The translations under genes and the position numbers were made by a program. Shown here piece after piece: positions 27,099-37,321 of a stretch of DNA of 64,000 bases. Source of the DNA: an uncultured Acidimicrobiaceae bacterium (GTDB lineage: Bacteria; Actinomycetota; Acidimicrobiia; Acidimicrobiales; Bog-793); contig CAWKGD010000005.1 in assembly GCA_963849105.1 (NCBI GenBank), positions 75,269-139,268 of the forward strand, in the 5' to 3' direction. Positions within the stretch are counted from its first letter, which is position 1. Every line of letters starts with the position of its first letter. The notes under the pieces are model-generated. The model saw only the letters and a list, made by a program, of their open reading frames with translations. It was not told the DNA's origin and did no database searches.

Positions 27099-28217
27099 GT
27101 GCGGGTCGGAGTGCCACGCGAGGTCAAGGACAACGAATACCGGGTGGCGATGACCCCGGCCGGCGTGCGCGAGCTCGTCTCTTCGGGCCACGAGGTGCGG
27201 ATCGAACACGGCGCCGGCGAGGGTTCAGCGATCCCCGACGACGAGTACCTCGCCGTGGGAGCGAAGATCGCCACCGACGCGGATGCGGTCTGGGGCGAGT
27301 CCGATCTCGTCTGCAAGGTGAAAGAACCGATCGCAGAAGAGTTCCACCGGATGCACGCTGACCTCATCTTGTTCACCTACCTCCACCTGGCGGCTGATCG
27401 CGCCTGCACCGATGCGATCCTTTCGAGCCGGATGACCGCGATCGCCTACGAGACCGTGCGACTCGCAGACGGCTCGCTCCCCCTCCTCGCGCCGATGAGC
27501 GAAGTCGCCGGACGGATGGCGCCGATGGTCGCTGCGTCGGTCCTCGAGCGACCGTCCGGAGGTCGCGGCGTGCTGATGTCCGGCGTACCGGGGGTGCGCG
27601 CGGCGCGCGTCGTGATCATCGGGGCCGGCGTCGCCGGCTCGAACGCGGCGTCGATCGCCGTCGGGATGCACGCCGACGTGGCGGTCCTTGATCGCGACCT
27701 TTACCGCCTGGCGGCGCTCGACCAGCTCTACGCGGGACGCCTCGAGACCTTGGCGTCGAGCGAACACGCGATCGAACTTGCCTGTTTAGAAGCCGACCTC
27801 GTGATCGGCGCGGTGCTCGTCGTCGGGGCGCGCGCTCCGAAACTCGTCAGCAACGACCTGGTGCGCCAGATGCGCCCGGGCTCTGTCCTCGTCGACATCT
27901 CCGTCGATCAGGGCGGCTGTTTCGAGGCAACCCACCCGACGACGCACTCACACCCGACGTACCGCGTCTTTGACTCGGTCTTCTACTGCGTCGCGAACAT
28001 GCCCGGCGCGGTCCCCCATACCTCCACCTATGCGCTCACGAACGCGACGTTGCCTTACACGATGGAGATCGCCAACAACGGTTGGCGCGCCGCAGCAAGC
28101 GCCGACGCCGCGCTCGCAGAAGGTGTCAACGCTATCGACGGACACCTCGTCTCGGCGCCCGTCGCCGAAGCCCACGGGCTCGAATACGAGCCACTGGAGC
28201 GGCTTCTTAGCGCATGA
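27099..28217 (+). CDS. ald: Alanine dehydrogenase
   Basis: MRVGVPREVKDNEYRVAMTPAGVRELV..., and IIGAGVAGSNAASIAVGMHADV (Rossmann fold). AGGAGGAGG RBS before the GTG. Confidence 0.92.
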   Translation: MRVGVPREVKDNEYRVAMTPAGVRELVSSGHEVRIEHGAGEGSAIPDDEYLAVGAKIATDADAVWGESDLVCKVKEPIAEEFHRMHADLILFTYLHLAADRACTDAILSSRMTAIAYETVRLADGSLPLLAPMSEVAGRMAPMVAASVLERPSGGRGVLMSGVPGVRAARVVIIGAGVAGSNAASIAVGMHADVAVLDRDLYRLAALDQLYAGRLETLASSEHAIELACLEADLVIGAVLVVGARAPKLVSNDLVRQMRPGSVLVDISVDQGGCFEATHPTTHSHPTYRVFDSVFYCVANMPGAVPHTSTYALTNATLPYTMEIANNGWRAAASADAALAEGVNAIDGHLVSAPVAEAHGLEYEPLERLLSA

Positions 28218-28303
28218 ATCGGCATCGTCGGTTGATGCAACCCCCGAATCCACGCCCGCGATTGCCACCAGGTCACGTTTTCGACCAACTACGTTGACCG
28301 CTC

Positions 28304-29437
28304 GTGCCCAGTCATTCCAAAGGTGCTCCGCGCCGTCGCCAAATGAGTCTTCGTGCCTACTTCCGAGCGATCCGCAAGGGTCGACTCGCCGCCGCCGGGG
28401 GTGTCGTCCTCGCCGTCGTGCTGTTGATCGTGCTGCTCGTCGTGAACAACACATCGACGCCGCCGAAGAAGAAGAGCGCCGGAGGAGGACCCCGCGTCAC
28501 CCAGCCGCACCTCGCGACCGACGTCTGTCCTCTGACGGACCTGCCCGCCCCGGGCGGCAAGATTCCCGACCGCGAGCCGATCGCCGTGAAGATCGGCAAC
28601 GAGCCCGACGGGGCACGCCCACAGAGTGGGCTCAACGAGGCCGACGTCGTCTACGACACCCCCGCCGAGGGCGGGATCATGCGCTACATCGCCATCTATC
28701 AGTGCCAAAACGCGTCGAACATCGGCCCGATCCGCTCGGTCCGTTGGGTCGACTGGCACATCCTGCAGGAATTTCCACACGCCGTCTTGGCGTTCGTCGG
28801 CGGCGTCACCCCGAACCAGCAGACCGTCGCCTCGCTGCCGTTCATCGACGACGCGAACGAGTTCTTGCACTACGCCGCGTACCACCAGGACACAGCGCGC
28901 GTCGCCCCCGACTCGACGTACTCGAGCACGGCTGCGCTGTGGGCACTCTTCCCGAAGCAGTCCGCCCCACCGCCGATCTTCCGCTATTCGGCCTCGCTTC
29001 CAAAAACCGCCAACCCGGCGTCGTCTCTGGCGATCAACTTCTCCTACGGCACCGACGTCGTCTGGAAGTGGGACGCCTCGACCGGCCAGTGGGTCCACAC
29101 CTACTCCGGTCAGACCGACATTGACGCGCTGACCGGCAAGCCGGTGACGACGACGAACATTGTCGTCGAGGTCGTCCACTACACCTTCGGCCCCTACATC
29201 GAGAGCCCCGGCGGCTCGGGTGACGTCGAGAGCCAGACTGTCGGTCGTGGCCGCGGCTTCATCTTCCGCAACGGCGCGTACATCCCGGTGATCTGGCACC
29301 GACCGTCGCTGAACTCGCCGACGACCTTTGTCTCGAACACCGGTCAGCCGGTCGGTCTGCAACCCGGACGCACGTGGGTCGAGCTGCTGCTCGACACGAC
29401 CTACAAACAGTCCGGGGCGTTCACGGTCACGCCGTAG
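28304..29437 (+). CDS. DUF3048 domain-containing secreted/lipoprotein-like protein
   Basis: It has an N-terminal TM/signal segment (GGVVLAVVLLIVLLVV) and IAVKIGNEPDGARPQSGLNEADVVYDTPAEGGIMRYIAIYQ, typical of DUF3048/YerB-like proteins. Confidence 0.75.
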   Translation: MPSHSKGAPRRRQMSLRAYFRAIRKGRLAAAGGVVLAVVLLIVLLVVNNTSTPPKKKSAGGGPRVTQPHLATDVCPLTDLPAPGGKIPDREPIAVKIGNEPDGARPQSGLNEADVVYDTPAEGGIMRYIAIYQCQNASNIGPIRSVRWVDWHILQEFPHAVLAFVGGVTPNQQTVASLPFIDDANEFLHYAAYHQDTARVAPDSTYSSTAALWALFPKQSAPPPIFRYSASLPKTANPASSLAINFSYGTDVVWKWDASTGQWVHTYSGQTDIDALTGKPVTTTNIVVEVVHYTFGPYIESPGGSGDVESQTVGRGRGFIFRNGAYIPVIWHRPSLNSPTTFVSNTGQPVGLQPGRTWVELLLDTTYKQSGAFTVTP

Positions 29438-29440
29438 CGA

Positions 29441-30847
29441 TCAGGAGCGCGGTGCCCCCCAGCGCTGGCTCCGGCGCAAGAGGGCCTCTTTCCAGGATCG
29501 GTACGGCGGATACAGCAACGGATGCTCGAGACGCGTCGACTTCTCGAAGACGGCGCGGGCGTGACTGAAACGCTCGAAACCGGCCCGGCCGTGGTAGGCG
29601 CCGGTGCCGGACGCGCCGATGCCGCCGAAGGGCAGCCCGGGGATCGCGACCTGCAGCACCGTCGTGTTCACGCCGACACCGCCCGACCTCGTCCTGTGGA
29701 TCACGTCGTCGGCGCGCTCGCGGCTCGAGGTGAACAGATACAGGGCGAGCGGATCGGGGTGTCGACCGATCTGTGCAATCGCATCCTCGACGCTTCGCAC
29801 CGGATCGATGACGAGGATCGGCCCGAATACCTCGTCCCGCATCAACGCCGACGCCTCGTCCGGCGTGCGCACGACGGTCGGCGCGAGATACCGCGTCGCG
29901 CGATCGAAATCACCGCCTAAGAGCACTTCACCGCCGTGTCCGTCGAGCAGCTGCAAGAGCCGGTCAACGTGGGACTCGTCGACGATGCGTGCGTACGCGC
30001 CGCTCGCTTTCGGGTCCGCACCGAAGAACTCGACGATTGCCTCAAGTAAGTGCGACGTGAAGCGAGCTTCGACGGAGGCGTCGATGAGGACGTAGTCGGG
30101 CGCGACGCACGTCTGTCCGGCGTTGAGGAACCGACCCCAGGCGATGCGTCGCGCCGCGACGCGCAGGTCAGCGTCGGCGCAGACGATCGCCGGGTTCTTC
30201 CCGCCGAGCTCCAGCGTCACCGGCGTCAGGTGCCGAGCTGCCAACGCCATCACCGCGCGTGCCCCTGCCTGTCCCCCCGTGTAGATGAGGTGATCGACCC
30301 CTGCGTCGACGATCGCCTCGACGACAGAAGCTCCGCCCTCGACGACGGCGATCGCGCCCGGGCCGAGCCGCCGATCGACGAGCTCTGCGAGCGCCCGTGA
30401 GGTCGCCGGAGCGAGCTCCGACGGCTTCAGAACGACGGTGTTGCCGGCCGCCAGCGCGCCGACCGCCGGAGCCAGGGCGAGGTTCACCGGGTAGTTCCAC
30501 GGCGACACGACGGCAACGACCCCGAGTGGCTGGCGGACGACGCTTGCCTTCGCGGGCAACTGGGTGACGGGCACCGGCGCGCGCACTGGTCGCATCCACG
30601 AGCGCAGGTGCCGGAGCGCGAAATCGATCTCCGAGGTGATGACCGCGAGGTCGGTCAGCCACCCTTCGAGTCGCGGCTTGCCCAAGTCGGACGAGAGCGC
30701 TTCTTCGAAGACGGACTCACCTTGGGTGACGAGCCGGCGCAGCTCGCGCAGGCGAGCGCGGCGCCATTCGAGCGTGTTCGTCGCGCCGCTTCGGACCGTC
30801 GTCCTCAGCGTCAACAACACGTCTTCGATCGACTGGGTAAAGGTCAC
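29441..30847 (-). CDS. Aldehyde dehydrogenase family protein (class-3-like)
   Basis: 468 aa: VVSPWNYPVNLAL...KPSELAP...LELGGKNPAIV...FLNAGQTCVAPDY...EVFGPIL. Confidence 0.9.
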   Translation of the reverse strand: MTFTQSIEDVLLTLRTTVRSGATNTLEWRRARLRELRRLVTQGESVFEEALSSDLGKPRLEGWLTDLAVITSEIDFALRHLRSWMRPVRAPVPVTQLPAKASVVRQPLGVVAVVSPWNYPVNLALAPAVGALAAGNTVVLKPSELAPATSRALAELVDRRLGPGAIAVVEGGASVVEAIVDAGVDHLIYTGGQAGARAVMALAARHLTPVTLELGGKNPAIVCADADLRVAARRIAWGRFLNAGQTCVAPDYVLIDASVEARFTSHLLEAIVEFFGADPKASGAYARIVDESHVDRLLQLLDGHGGEVLLGGDFDRATRYLAPTVVRTPDEASALMRDEVFGPILVIDPVRSVEDAIAQIGRHPDPLALYLFTSSRERADDVIHRTRSGGVGVNTTVLQVAIPGLPFGGIGASGTGAYHGRAGFERFSHARAVFEKSTRLEHPLLYPPYRSWKEALLRRSQRWGAPRS

Positions 30848-30915
30848 GAACCGCGGGAGCGTACCAACGGTGCCGGAAGAACGCTGATCCGTCCGGACCG
30901 ATACGGTGGCCGCCC

Positions 30916-32301
30916 GTGACAGAACGCAACGACGAGCTGGCGGTCGAGGTGATCGAGACCCCCGACCTCGGCGACCGCAGTTACGTCGCCCACGACGGCG
31001 ATCTCGCGATCGTCGTCGACCCGCAACGCGACCTCGAGCGGATACAAGCGGTGATCGATGCGCACGAACTCGATGTCGCGTTCGTTGCCGAGACCCACTT
31101 GCACAACGACTACGTCACCGGTGGCTACGAGCTCGCGCGGCGCACGGGTGCCGCGTACCTCGTCTCCGCCGACGACGACGTCGAATTCACCCGCAGGGCG
31201 GTCCGCGACGGGGACGCGATCGATGTCGGCGACCTCTGCCTCCAAGTGATCGCGACGCCGGGACACACCTTTCACCACCTCGCCTACGCGGTGACGAACC
31301 CGTCCGGCCCCGGTGCGGTCTTCACCGGCGGATCACTGCTCTACGGGAGCGTCGGGCGGACGGACCTGTTGGGGACGGAGCACGCAGAGGAGCTCGCACG
31401 TCTGCAGTACCGATCGGCACATCGCCTCGCCGAGGTCCTTGGTGATGAGGTCGACGTCTTCCCGACGCATGGCTTCGGCAGCTTCTGCAGCGCCGGCAGT
31501 GCGACGATCACTAAGAACGCGACGATCGGCGACGAGCGGTCAAGGAACATCGCACTCACGATCGAGGACGAGGATGCCTTCGTCGACCGGGTGCTCTCCG
31601 CCTACGACGCGTACCCCGCCTACTACGCGCGCATGGCACCGTTGAACCGCCGCGGACCTGGTGCGGCCCGCCTCGGGTCGATTCGCATCGTCGACCGCGA
31701 CGAGCTTCGCGAACGCGTCCGGTCGGGCGAGTGGGTGGTCGATCTGCGCGAGCGGCTCGTCTACGCGCGGTCGCACCTGTTTGGAACGCTGAGCTTCCCA
31801 CTCGAGAATTCCTTCTCCACCTACATCGGTTGGTTGATCCCCGCGACCGCACCGATCACGCTCATCGCGCCGAGCGAATCCGAGGTCCGAGCGGCGCGAC
31901 TACAGCTCGCGCGTATCGGCATCGACGACCTTGCGGGGGCCACGACCGCGTCGATTGACACGCTCGTCGACGGGGGCGCGCCGACGAGCTATCCGGTCAC
32001 GACCTTCGCGGGCCTTGCCAGTAACCCCGAAGTCGCGGTGCTCGACGTCCGTTTGGACGACGAATGGCGACGGGGACACCTCGAGGGTTCGTTGCATATT
32101 CCGATTCACGAACTCGAAGCCCGCTTGGCAGAGCTCCCCAAAGCACTGATCGCCGTGCACTGCGCGAGCGGATACCGCGCCGGAATCGCCGCAAGCCTTT
32201 TAGAGCGCGCCGGACGCGCCGTCCTCCTCGTCGACGACGAATGGGAGAACGCCGAAAAGGCGATGTCCTTCCGGATCACCCGTCGCTCGTCGGCCACGTG
32301 A
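30916..32301 (+). CDS. MBL-fold metallo-hydrolase fused to rhodanese domain(s) (persulfide dioxygenase-like)
   Basis: AETHLHNDYVTGG (HxHxDH-like), ATPGHTFHH, and a C-terminal rhodanese region with LIAVHCASGYRAGIAASLL (active-site Cys loop). Confidence 0.82.
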   Translation: MTERNDELAVEVIETPDLGDRSYVAHDGDLAIVVDPQRDLERIQAVIDAHELDVAFVAETHLHNDYVTGGYELARRTGAAYLVSADDDVEFTRRAVRDGDAIDVGDLCLQVIATPGHTFHHLAYAVTNPSGPGAVFTGGSLLYGSVGRTDLLGTEHAEELARLQYRSAHRLAEVLGDEVDVFPTHGFGSFCSAGSATITKNATIGDERSRNIALTIEDEDAFVDRVLSAYDAYPAYYARMAPLNRRGPGAARLGSIRIVDRDELRERVRSGEWVVDLRERLVYARSHLFGTLSFPLENSFSTYIGWLIPATAPITLIAPSESEVRAARLQLARIGIDDLAGATTASIDTLVDGGAPTSYPVTTFAGLASNPEVAVLDVRLDDEWRRGHLEGSLHIPIHELEARLAELPKALIAVHCASGYRAGIAASLLERAGRAVLLVDDEWENAEKAMSFRITRRSSAT

Positions 32302-32432
32302 CGTCAAACCGGACCACTCCACGGGACCTTTGGCTCTTATTCGGACACTCTGTCGGACGAATGCTCATGAAGCAGGGACGGGGCCGCTGAACGCCGTAGC
32401 GGCCTCGGTTTCGCGAGGCCAGAAGGGAGAAC

Positions 32433-33794
32433 ATGATGTCGGATCTCACGGGGCGGGTGATCGAACAGGTCGTCGAAAAGAACCCGAACGAGCCGGCCTT
32501 CCACCAGGCGGTACGCGAGGTACTCGAAACGCTCGAGCCCGTGCTCGCCGCCCGCCCGGATTTCGTTGAGGCGCGCATTTTGCAGCGGCTCGTCGAGCCC
32601 GAGCGGGTACTGATCTTCCGCGTCCCCTGGGTCGACGACCTCGGCGTTATCCAGGTGAACCGCGGCTTTCGCGTCCAGATGAACTCGGCGATCGGACCGT
32701 ACAAGGGCGGATTGCGCTTCCACCCAGATGTCACACTCGGTTTGCTGAAGTTCCTCGCCTTCGAGCAAGTGTTCAAGAACGCGCTGACCACCTTGCCGAT
32801 GGGCGGCGGCAAAGGCGGATCCGATTTCGATCCGAAGGGAAAGTCCGACGACGAGGTGCGCCGCTTCTGCCAGTCGTTCATGACCGAGCTGTACCGCCAC
32901 ATCGGCCAGTTCACCGATGTCCCGGCCGGTGACATCGGTGTCGGAGCAAGGGAGATCGGCTACCTCTTCGGTCAGTACAAGCGGATCACCAACGTGTTTA
33001 CGGGAACGATAACCGGAAAGGGCGTCGCCTGGGGAGGCTCTTTTGGCCGACCCGAGGCAACTGGGTTTGGCGCGGTCTATTTCGCGGAGGAGATGCTGAG
33101 GACGCGCGGCGACTCCCTCAAGGGAAAGACCTGTGCCGTCTCAGGGAGCGGCAACGTCGCGCAGTACACAGTCGCGAAGCTGATCGACCTCGGCGCGCGC
33201 GTGCTGACGATGTCGGACTCCGACGGCTTCGTCCTCGATGCCGACGGTTTCGACGAGGAAAAGCTCGCATTCGTGCTCGATCTGAAAAACGTCCATCGCG
33301 GGCGCATCTCCGAGTATGTGGAGCAGTTCCCGCACGCCTCTTACTACCGTCACGGCGGTGGAGACCACCGGACTTTGTGGTCAACGCCGGCGAAGTGCGC
33401 GTTCCCCTCGGCAACCCAAAACGAGATCTCCGGCGACGACGCGGAGACGATGCTGAAAAATGGCATCGAGCTCGTTGCCGAAGGCGCGAACATGCCGACC
33501 CAGCCCGTGGGGGTGCACCGGTTCATCGACGCCGGGATCCTCTTCGGACCGGGCAAGGCGGCAAACGCGGGCGGCGTTGCCGTTTCTGGCCTCGAGATGA
33601 CCCAAAACAGCGAGCACGCGAGCTGGAGCGCGCAGGAAGTCGACGCTCGCCTTCGCGTGATCATGTCGGCGATTCACGAGCAGGTGCGCACGACCGCCGA
33701 GCAGTACGGCGAAGCAGGCAACTACGTCGTCGGTGCGAACATCGCCGGCTTCTTGAAAGTCGCGCAGGCGATGCTGGAACAGGCCGACGTCTGA
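32433..33794 (+). CDS. gdhA: NADP-specific glutamate dehydrogenase
   Basis: 453 aa: FRVPWVDDLGVIQVNRGFRVQMNSAIGPYKGGLRFHP...LPMGGGKGGSDFDPKGKSD...VSGSGNVAQY. Confidence 0.93.
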   Translation: MMSDLTGRVIEQVVEKNPNEPAFHQAVREVLETLEPVLAARPDFVEARILQRLVEPERVLIFRVPWVDDLGVIQVNRGFRVQMNSAIGPYKGGLRFHPDVTLGLLKFLAFEQVFKNALTTLPMGGGKGGSDFDPKGKSDDEVRRFCQSFMTELYRHIGQFTDVPAGDIGVGAREIGYLFGQYKRITNVFTGTITGKGVAWGGSFGRPEATGFGAVYFAEEMLRTRGDSLKGKTCAVSGSGNVAQYTVAKLIDLGARVLTMSDSDGFVLDADGFDEEKLAFVLDLKNVHRGRISEYVEQFPHASYYRHGGGDHRTLWSTPAKCAFPSATQNEISGDDAETMLKNGIELVAEGANMPTQPVGVHRFIDAGILFGPGKAANAGGVAVSGLEMTQNSEHASWSAQEVDARLRVIMSAIHEQVRTTAEQYGEAGNYVVGANIAGFLKVAQAMLEQADV

Positions 33795-33837
33795 ATCGGT
33801 TCTGCCGAGCGTGCGGCGACCTTTCCCTTAGAAGAGG

Positions 33838-33864
33838 CCGCCGCCTCCGCTCGTGAGGCGGCCG
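33838..33864 (+). terminator. GC-rich hairpin downstream of gdhA (no U-tract)
   Basis: An 8-bp stem GCCGCCTC/GAGGCGGC (33840-33847 and 33855-33862) with a 7-nt loop, 45 nt after the gdhA stop. Confidence 0.3.
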
Positions 33865-34034
33865 AACGCGATTTGCCCGGGCGCGTGTTCGATCGCCCAC
33901 GCTTCGGAGAGATCCTGGAGTGCAGGATCGACGAGTCGGCCTCGCGGTTATCGAAGAAGGTCGCGTCGGTTAACAAACCATGCGCCGCTTTCGTAGAGCG
34001 TCGTTCTTTCAGATATTCACCGCGGCGGCGACGC

Positions 34035-34865
34035 CTACTCGAGCTCCGCGGCGAGTTCCCGCACCGAGTCGACGATTCGCGCAGGCCGATACGAGTACCG
34101 GCGAGCGGTCGACTCGTCCGACAGGCCCGAAAGCACGAGGACGGTGAACAGACCTGCCTCGATTCCGGCAACGATGTCGGTGTCCATGCGGTCGCCGATG
34201 ATCGCCGTCGTTTCCGAGTGCGCCTCGATCGTGTTCAGTGCGGTCCGGATCATGAGTGGGTTCGGCTTGCCAACGAAGTAAGGCTCCACTCCGGTCGCGG
34301 CGCTGATCAGCGCGGCGACCGACCCCGTCGCCGGCAAAGGACCATTTACACTCGGACCGGTGGTGTCAGGGTTGGTGGCGACGAACAGCGCGCCGCGGTT
34401 GATGAGACGGATCGCTTGGGTGATGCGCTCGAAGCTGTAACTGCGCGTCTCACCCAAAACGACGTAGTCGGGATCGTGGATCGTCTGGGTAAAACCGGCC
34501 TCTTGCAGTGCCGCCGTCAGCCCCTCTTCACCGATGACGAATGCCGTTCCTCCCGGTCGCTGAGCGACGAGGAATCGCGCCGTGGCGAGGGCGGACGTCC
34601 AGATGCGGTCGGCCGAGACGTCGATTCCGTCGCGTTGCAGACGGCCGGCGAGGTCTCGGGGCGTAAAGATTGAGTTGTTCGTGAGGATGAGAAATGGTGT
34701 GCCCCGCTGCCGCAAGAGAGTGAGAAAGCGTGCGGCACCGTCGATCGGATGCTCTTCGCGAACGATGACTCCGTCCATGTCGATCAGCCACGCCTGGATC
34801 TCCTTCGCGGACACCGACGCGCCTCGCTCACTGAGAGCGCCCGAACTGTGGGGAGCCTGGTCCAT
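34035..34865 (-). CDS. HAD-IIA family hydrolase (NagD-like sugar phosphatase)
   Basis: AWLIDMDGVIVREEHPIDGAARFLTLLRQRGTPFLILTNNS...IIGDRMDTDIVAG. Confidence 0.85.
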   Translation of the reverse strand: MDQAPHSSGALSERGASVSAKEIQAWLIDMDGVIVREEHPIDGAARFLTLLRQRGTPFLILTNNSIFTPRDLAGRLQRDGIDVSADRIWTSALATARFLVAQRPGGTAFVIGEEGLTAALQEAGFTQTIHDPDYVVLGETRSYSFERITQAIRLINRGALFVATNPDTTGPSVNGPLPATGSVAALISAATGVEPYFVGKPNPLMIRTALNTIEAHSETTAIIGDRMDTDIVAGIEAGLFTVLVLSGLSDESTARRYSYRPARIVDSVRELAAELE

Positions 34866-35094
34866 ATCGTGATCCCGCGCCTCCGAGGTTTGCTCCTCTG
34901 GCCTGTCTATCCTCCACCCGTAGGATTTGCTGAGGGAGCGAGTCAGCCGCGATGTCCGAACTCCTCGGGGGTTGTGAACGGAATTCGCCCGACGATTTCC
35001 GAGGTCGTGTCCGTGCTCGGAGGAATTGCTCGCAGCAAGTCCAACACTGCCGTCGGTTCGACCTCAAGTGACGAGAGACGGCTCCATTCGTCGA

Positions 35095-35277
35095 ATGATC
35101 AAGGCTCGCTCTGCTCCCGCTCACGAAGGCGGGCGTCACGTGAACTGCAGCTTCTGCGGAAAGTCGAGTGAACGCGTGAAGAGAGTCGTGGCAGGACCTG
35201 GCGACGTTTACATCTGCAACGAATGCGTTGATCTTTGCGTCGAGCTGATGGCGCAGCCATGGGACAACGATAGGTAA
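35095..35277 (+). CDS. Stand-alone ClpX-type C4 zinc-finger protein
   Basis: [52 protein letters not shown]. The CSFCGK...ICNEC pattern matches the ClpX N-terminal zinc-binding domain, and no AAA+ module follows. Start uncertain. Confidence 0.65.
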   Translation: MIKARSAPAHEGGRHVNCSFCGKSSERVKRVVAGPGDVYICNECVDLCVELMAQPWDNDR

Positions 35278-35300
35278 CTCACCCGATTACGCGAGCTCAG

Positions 35301-35340
35301 CGCTCGAGGTTGGTTCAGATCCGCCCCCTCGAGCGGTTTG
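35301..35340 (+). terminator. Hairpin terminator candidate between convergent genes
   Basis: A perfect 9-bp stem CGCTCGAGG (35301-35309) / CCTCGAGCG (35327-35335) followed by GTTTG. Confidence 0.5.
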
Positions 35341-35479
35341 GAATCGTCTTCCACCTGGAACTGAATGAAGTACGACCTAGTCGATGACTCGCCGACGCTG
35401 CAGTTCGCTCGCGACTACGAGTTCTGCACGTTTCAGTAGCTCGTGCGGGTGGCTACAGAGTTCAGAAGGCTGGACAGAG

Positions 35480-37321
35480 CTACGCGCTCGAGCCGGCACT
35501 GCTCGTAACGCTGAAGCGCAGCACTACCTGGTGAGTGTCGGTACGGAGGACGTAGGACTTCTCGTCGCCAATGTTGCCGTGCTCCGCGACGCCCGCGATC
35601 GACGAGAGCTTCCAAAAGCTCGGTGCGGAGACTGCGATGTCCTCAAGCCCTTGCGGGTCGGTGACGGTCAGCTGCATGCCCCCCTTGACCATCTCCACGA
35701 CAATCTGCGCGTGCTCACGGCGTTTGAGGAAGCTCGCGTACGCGCTCATCGACTCCGTAACGAGCTGGCCTTTTCTCTGCATTTGGGCGACAAGGGTAAG
35801 AAAGGTGCCGAACGCGGCCGTGTAACCCGGTGCCGCCGTCAGGTCGGGCGGGTGGCTATAGATGAGCTGGATCGTCCCTTCGTTCGCCGCATACGTCGCG
35901 ACGCTCTTTAGCCATGCTTCGACAGCCGAGGCGGGTACGTCCGCCTTCGCCATGTCGGCGAGCGCGCCCAGCTCGCCGTCGGGAGCGACCGGGAAAGCCC
36001 ATACCGTCGAGGAGGTGAGTTTGCCGTTCCAAAACGCCAGCTGTGGAGCGGCACCGCTGTCGCCCGTGTAGTAGTACGCGATGAACCCCAGCTTTTGGAT
36101 GATCTTGGTCATTTGCGGCTGGGGGAATACACCGTCGGGACCGACGTAGCTCATCATGGGCTCTCCGGTGACCTTGGTCACGCAAGCGGCGTTCGCTTTG
36201 ACGAGATCGCGGATCTGCGGCATCGTCAGCAACGCCTTTTCGAGCTGCGACGCGAAGACGTCCTGGATCCCACCGGCGTCAGATCCGATCGCCTCGCCGT
36301 GCCGAACCAGGAGTGCGAGTTCCGGACGGCCGGTGCCGCAGGCATTGAAGCCGAGTTCGTCTCGGGCGTGCTTCTCATCCGGCCCGGCGGAGATGTCGAA
36401 CTCTTGGTTGACGCCCGGGCGAAGTAGCCCCGCTCGTTCCATCGCCGGGATGGAGGACCAGTCGGCACTCGATTCGACGTGCCAGTCGATGACCAGACCT
36501 CCGCCACCGTCGGGAGCAAGCAAAATTCTGGGAAGTCCGGCGAGGTCAAAGGCGACGGTCTGGAGGACGGAATCGATTGGGAACGCGTCGGTGTCGTAGG
36601 CGCAGAGTTGTCCGAGCGGCAACGCGGACCAGATGGCCTCGCCCTTCCCGTAGCGGCGCGTTGTGAGCACTGGAACCTGGCCCGATCGTGCGACGACGTC
36701 GACGTCCGACGACGCCTGGCGTGCCTTGGCGAGTGGGTAGGTCAGCGGGCCGTAGCTGTAGCCCGAAAGGACGTCCCCCGACGTCAGCTTTCCGGTCGGG
36801 ACGTTCCATAACGCCGCCTCAGCGCGGTCTTTGTAGCTGACCTTTCCGTCGGTTACCGCCGCCTGGTTTCCCCCGGACTTGGAGTAGCTGATGCCGAGGA
36901 GTGAGTCGAAGAGATCGCTAGGGCGAACGTTTCCGGTCTGGTTCAGGGTGCCAGCGTCATCCACGACGAGGAGGTGACCGCCGTGCGCGACGTAGCTCGC
37001 GGTCCAGCCGAGCACGGCGTCGGGTAGGCCTTGTGCGGTTGCGTCGGGGAAGACGATCGCCGGGTCACTGGCGACCGCGGCGACAGGATTCTCGGTGATA
37101 AGGCTGTCGGCGCTGATCCAGGCAAAAGGTACGCCGATCTCGCGGGCGGACGCGGTCCATGCCGCGGAAACGGAGTCGTCGATGGTGCTCCTGCTTTCTC
37201 CCCGGACTATCAGCAGCCGGACCGTGCTAGCCGTCGAGCTTTCCTCGTAGCGCAGCGCTCCGAGCGTCACGGGGGTGAGCAGCCCGGCGATGACGATCAG
37301 AGCCACCAACCGCTTTCGCAT
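35480..37321 (-). CDS. 613-aa secreted protein of unknown function, last gene of the putative EPS operon
   Basis: It has a signal-like N-terminus MRKRLVALIVIAGLLTPVTLGAL. No motif I can name with confidence. The ATG overlaps the upstream stop (TAATG). Confidence 0.7.
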   Translation of the reverse strand: MRKRLVALIVIAGLLTPVTLGALRYEESSTASTVRLLIVRGESRSTIDDSVSAAWTASAREIGVPFAWISADSLITENPVAAVASDPAIVFPDATAQGLPDAVLGWTASYVAHGGHLLVVDDAGTLNQTGNVRPSDLFDSLLGISYSKSGGNQAAVTDGKVSYKDRAEAALWNVPTGKLTSGDVLSGYSYGPLTYPLAKARQASSDVDVVARSGQVPVLTTRRYGKGEAIWSALPLGQLCAYDTDAFPIDSVLQTVAFDLAGLPRILLAPDGGGGLVIDWHVESSADWSSIPAMERAGLLRPGVNQEFDISAGPDEKHARDELGFNACGTGRPELALLVRHGEAIGSDAGGIQDVFASQLEKALLTMPQIRDLVKANAACVTKVTGEPMMSYVGPDGVFPQPQMTKIIQKLGFIAYYYTGDSGAAPQLAFWNGKLTSSTVWAFPVAPDGELGALADMAKADVPASAVEAWLKSVATYAANEGTIQLIYSHPPDLTAAPGYTAAFGTFLTLVAQMQRKGQLVTESMSAYASFLKRREHAQIVVEMVKGGMQLTVTDPQGLEDIAVSAPSFWKLSSIAGVAEHGNIGDEKSYVLRTDTHQVVLRFSVTSSAGSSA

